Part shown: in pieces, positions 62,231 through 64,000 of the stretch
Numbering within the stretch: the first letter of the stretch is position 1
Layout of the letters: every line of letters starts with the position of its first letter
Source of the DNA: Macrostomum lignano
Lineage: Eukaryota
Direction: 5' to 3'
Assembly (NCBI GenBank): GCA_002269645.1
Contig: NIVC01002653.1
Location: forward strand, 1 to 64,000
DNA length: 64,000 nucleotides
The notes under the pieces: generated by a model
What the model saw: only the letters and a program-made list of their open reading frames with translations
What the model was told of the DNA's origin: nothing
Database searches by the model: none
Position numbers and translations under genes: made by a program

Positions 62231-64000
62231 CCACTGGGCCACTGTGTAGCATAGGGCCGTTTGAGCCTGAGACGGAGGACTGGTCGCAATACAAGGAGCG
62301 CATTGAACAAGTGTTCATTGCAAACGAAATCGAAAGCGAAGAGAAGAAGCGAGCGGTATTCCTCAGCGTGTGCGGCAAGGACACCTATAGGCTTGTCACC
62401 GGTCTTCTGGCCCCAGTTAAGCCTTCAGAGGCTTCCTTCGCTAACATCTGCAAAAAGCTTGACGATTACTGGGACCCAAAGCCGTCAGAGATCGTGCAAA
62501 GGTTCCACTTCTACCAGCGCGTTCGAGAGAGCTCGGAGTCCGTGGCCGACTTCCTGGCGGCACTGCGGCGTTTGGCTGTCCACTGCAACTTCGGTAACAG
62601 CTCGAGCACCATGCTGAGAGATCGTCTGGTGCTTGGCATCCAGGATGATCGCATACAGCGCAGACTCCTGTCCGAGACAGAGTTGGACCTGGACAGAGCA
62701 CTGGCGATCTCCCAGGCGGTGGAGCTGGCAACCAAGGGCTGCAACTTGGTCAAGGGCTCGTCCTCAGGAACCCCGCAAGCCGCCTCGGCAGCATCGGTAG
62801 ACCAAGTCGGCCAGACCAATGCGGTAGCGACTCAGCGACCTGCGAAAAGGTGCTACAGGTGTCTGTCAGCGAAACACCTGGCGGCGAAGTGCCCATTCAT
62901 GAAGAAGGCCTGTTTCAAGTGCGGCAAGATGGGGCACACCGCTGCAGCCTGTCGAGGAGGCGCGGATTCGGCTGGAGCTGAGTCGCGGTCGCAAGTCGCC
63001 GCTGTGGAGGAGGAAAGCCAAGACTGCGGCTCCCTGAACACCTTGCCCAGTGCAGCTGCCAAGGTACCGCCGTACATCACCACGGTCCTGCTTAACGGAG
63101 TGTCCTGCCAGATGGAGATCGACACGGGCGCGGCGGTATCGCTGATATCGGCTAGAGCCTATCACGACCTGTTGGGCGGGGCTCCTGAGCTCGAGCGGAC
63201 CCCGATTCGACTGCGGAACTACTGCGGACAGCCGGTCAGCGTACTCGGTCAGATCAGCGTGTCTGCAGAGATTCCAGGTAAAGCCAAGCAGCTTCTTCCT
63301 CTTCTAGTGGTATCTGGATCCGGTTCCAGCCTCATCGGTAGGAACTGGCTGGCTGTGCTGCCGTTGAATTGGGGGAGCGTCAAGCAGCTGCCCGAAGCGT
63401 CGGCTCCAAAGGATCAGCAAGTGCAGAAGTTGCTAGAGAGGTTCAGCCCCGTTTTCTCGAGTGGCCTCGGCTGCTACACGGGTGAACCTCTGAAACTGCG
63501 AGTGGGCGCGACCCAAGTTCATAAAGGCGCGGCAGGTACCTTTCGCTTTGAAGTCCAAAGTGGAAGAGCAGCTCGAGCGGAAGATCCAGCAGGGCATTCT
63601 GCGGCCGGTCTCCGATTCGGAGTATGCGTCCCCAATCGTGCCGGTGCTGAAGTCGGACGGCTCCGTCAGAGTCTGCGCAGATTTCAAGTGCACGGTAAAC
63701 CAGGACGTGGATATGGATTGCTACCCGCTGCCAAGGATTGAGGAGTTGTTCGCCAAGCTCACCGGCGGCCAAAAGTTCACCAAGCTGGACCTCAGCCAGG
63801 CATACATGCAGCTTCCGCTCGACGAAGAGTCTCAGCGCCTGTGCACCATCAACACCTCGAAGGGTTTGCTGAGGTATACAAGGCTACCGTTTGGAATCTC
63901 CCCAGCAGTTGGAATCTTCCAGAGAACCATGGACGGCCTGCTGCATGGTGCACAGCATACGGCAACCTTTATTGATGACGTGTTGGTGACCGGCGCCGAT
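62227..64000 (+). mobile_element. Ty3/Gypsy (Mag-like) gag-pol, truncated by window edge, frameshift at ~63510
   Basis: Gag (DW..Y.ERIEQ.FIAN, QRFHFYQR, LRDRLVLG), two CCHC knuckles, protease IDTGAAVSLI; after the shift PKFIKARQVPFAL, ASPIVPV, KLDLSQAYMQL, RLPFG, FIDD. Confidence 0.95.

Noticed and set aside
63500-63520. Programmed ribosomal frameshift in the Gypsy ORF
   Set aside because: It lies inside pol after the protease, has no slippery heptamer, and sits at a C-run, so a mutation or sequencing indel is more likely

Overview
Eukaryotic (animal) genomic DNA: GC-rich spliced exons separated by introns packed with minisatellites and transposon remnants. The style resembles a free-living flatworm such as Macrostomum, but that is an inference. 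Exon chains were rebuilt by hand from GT-AG sites and reading-frame phase. Genes from left to right: (1) a minus-strand F-type-lectin-like + Ig surface-protein gene running off the left edge, with several apparent 1-nt deletions; (2) a 7-exon RhoGAP gene (-); (3,4) a tandem pair of V+C2 immunoglobulin-superfamily genes (+), the second ending in a GPI-signal-like tail, with a 6.5-kb head-to-tail stack of 5'-truncated non-LTR retrotransposons separated by (AAC)n tracts in intron 2 of the first; (5) MANF/ARMET (-); (6) a second F-type-lectin-like + 2 Ig + TM receptor (+); (7) a phosphagen kinase with an atypical NEGDH motif (+); (8) a caspase whose upstream exon encodes ankyrin repeats spliced in frame (-); (9) the 5' part of a Gypsy (Mag-like) LTR retrotransposon (+). 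Also present are several MITEs with clear TSDs, two SINE families, a Helitron-like element and about 20 tandem repeats. No rRNA, true tRNA or CRISPR array was found. The top candidates for novelty are the ankyrin-caspase architecture and the (AAC)n-anchored retrotransposon stack.
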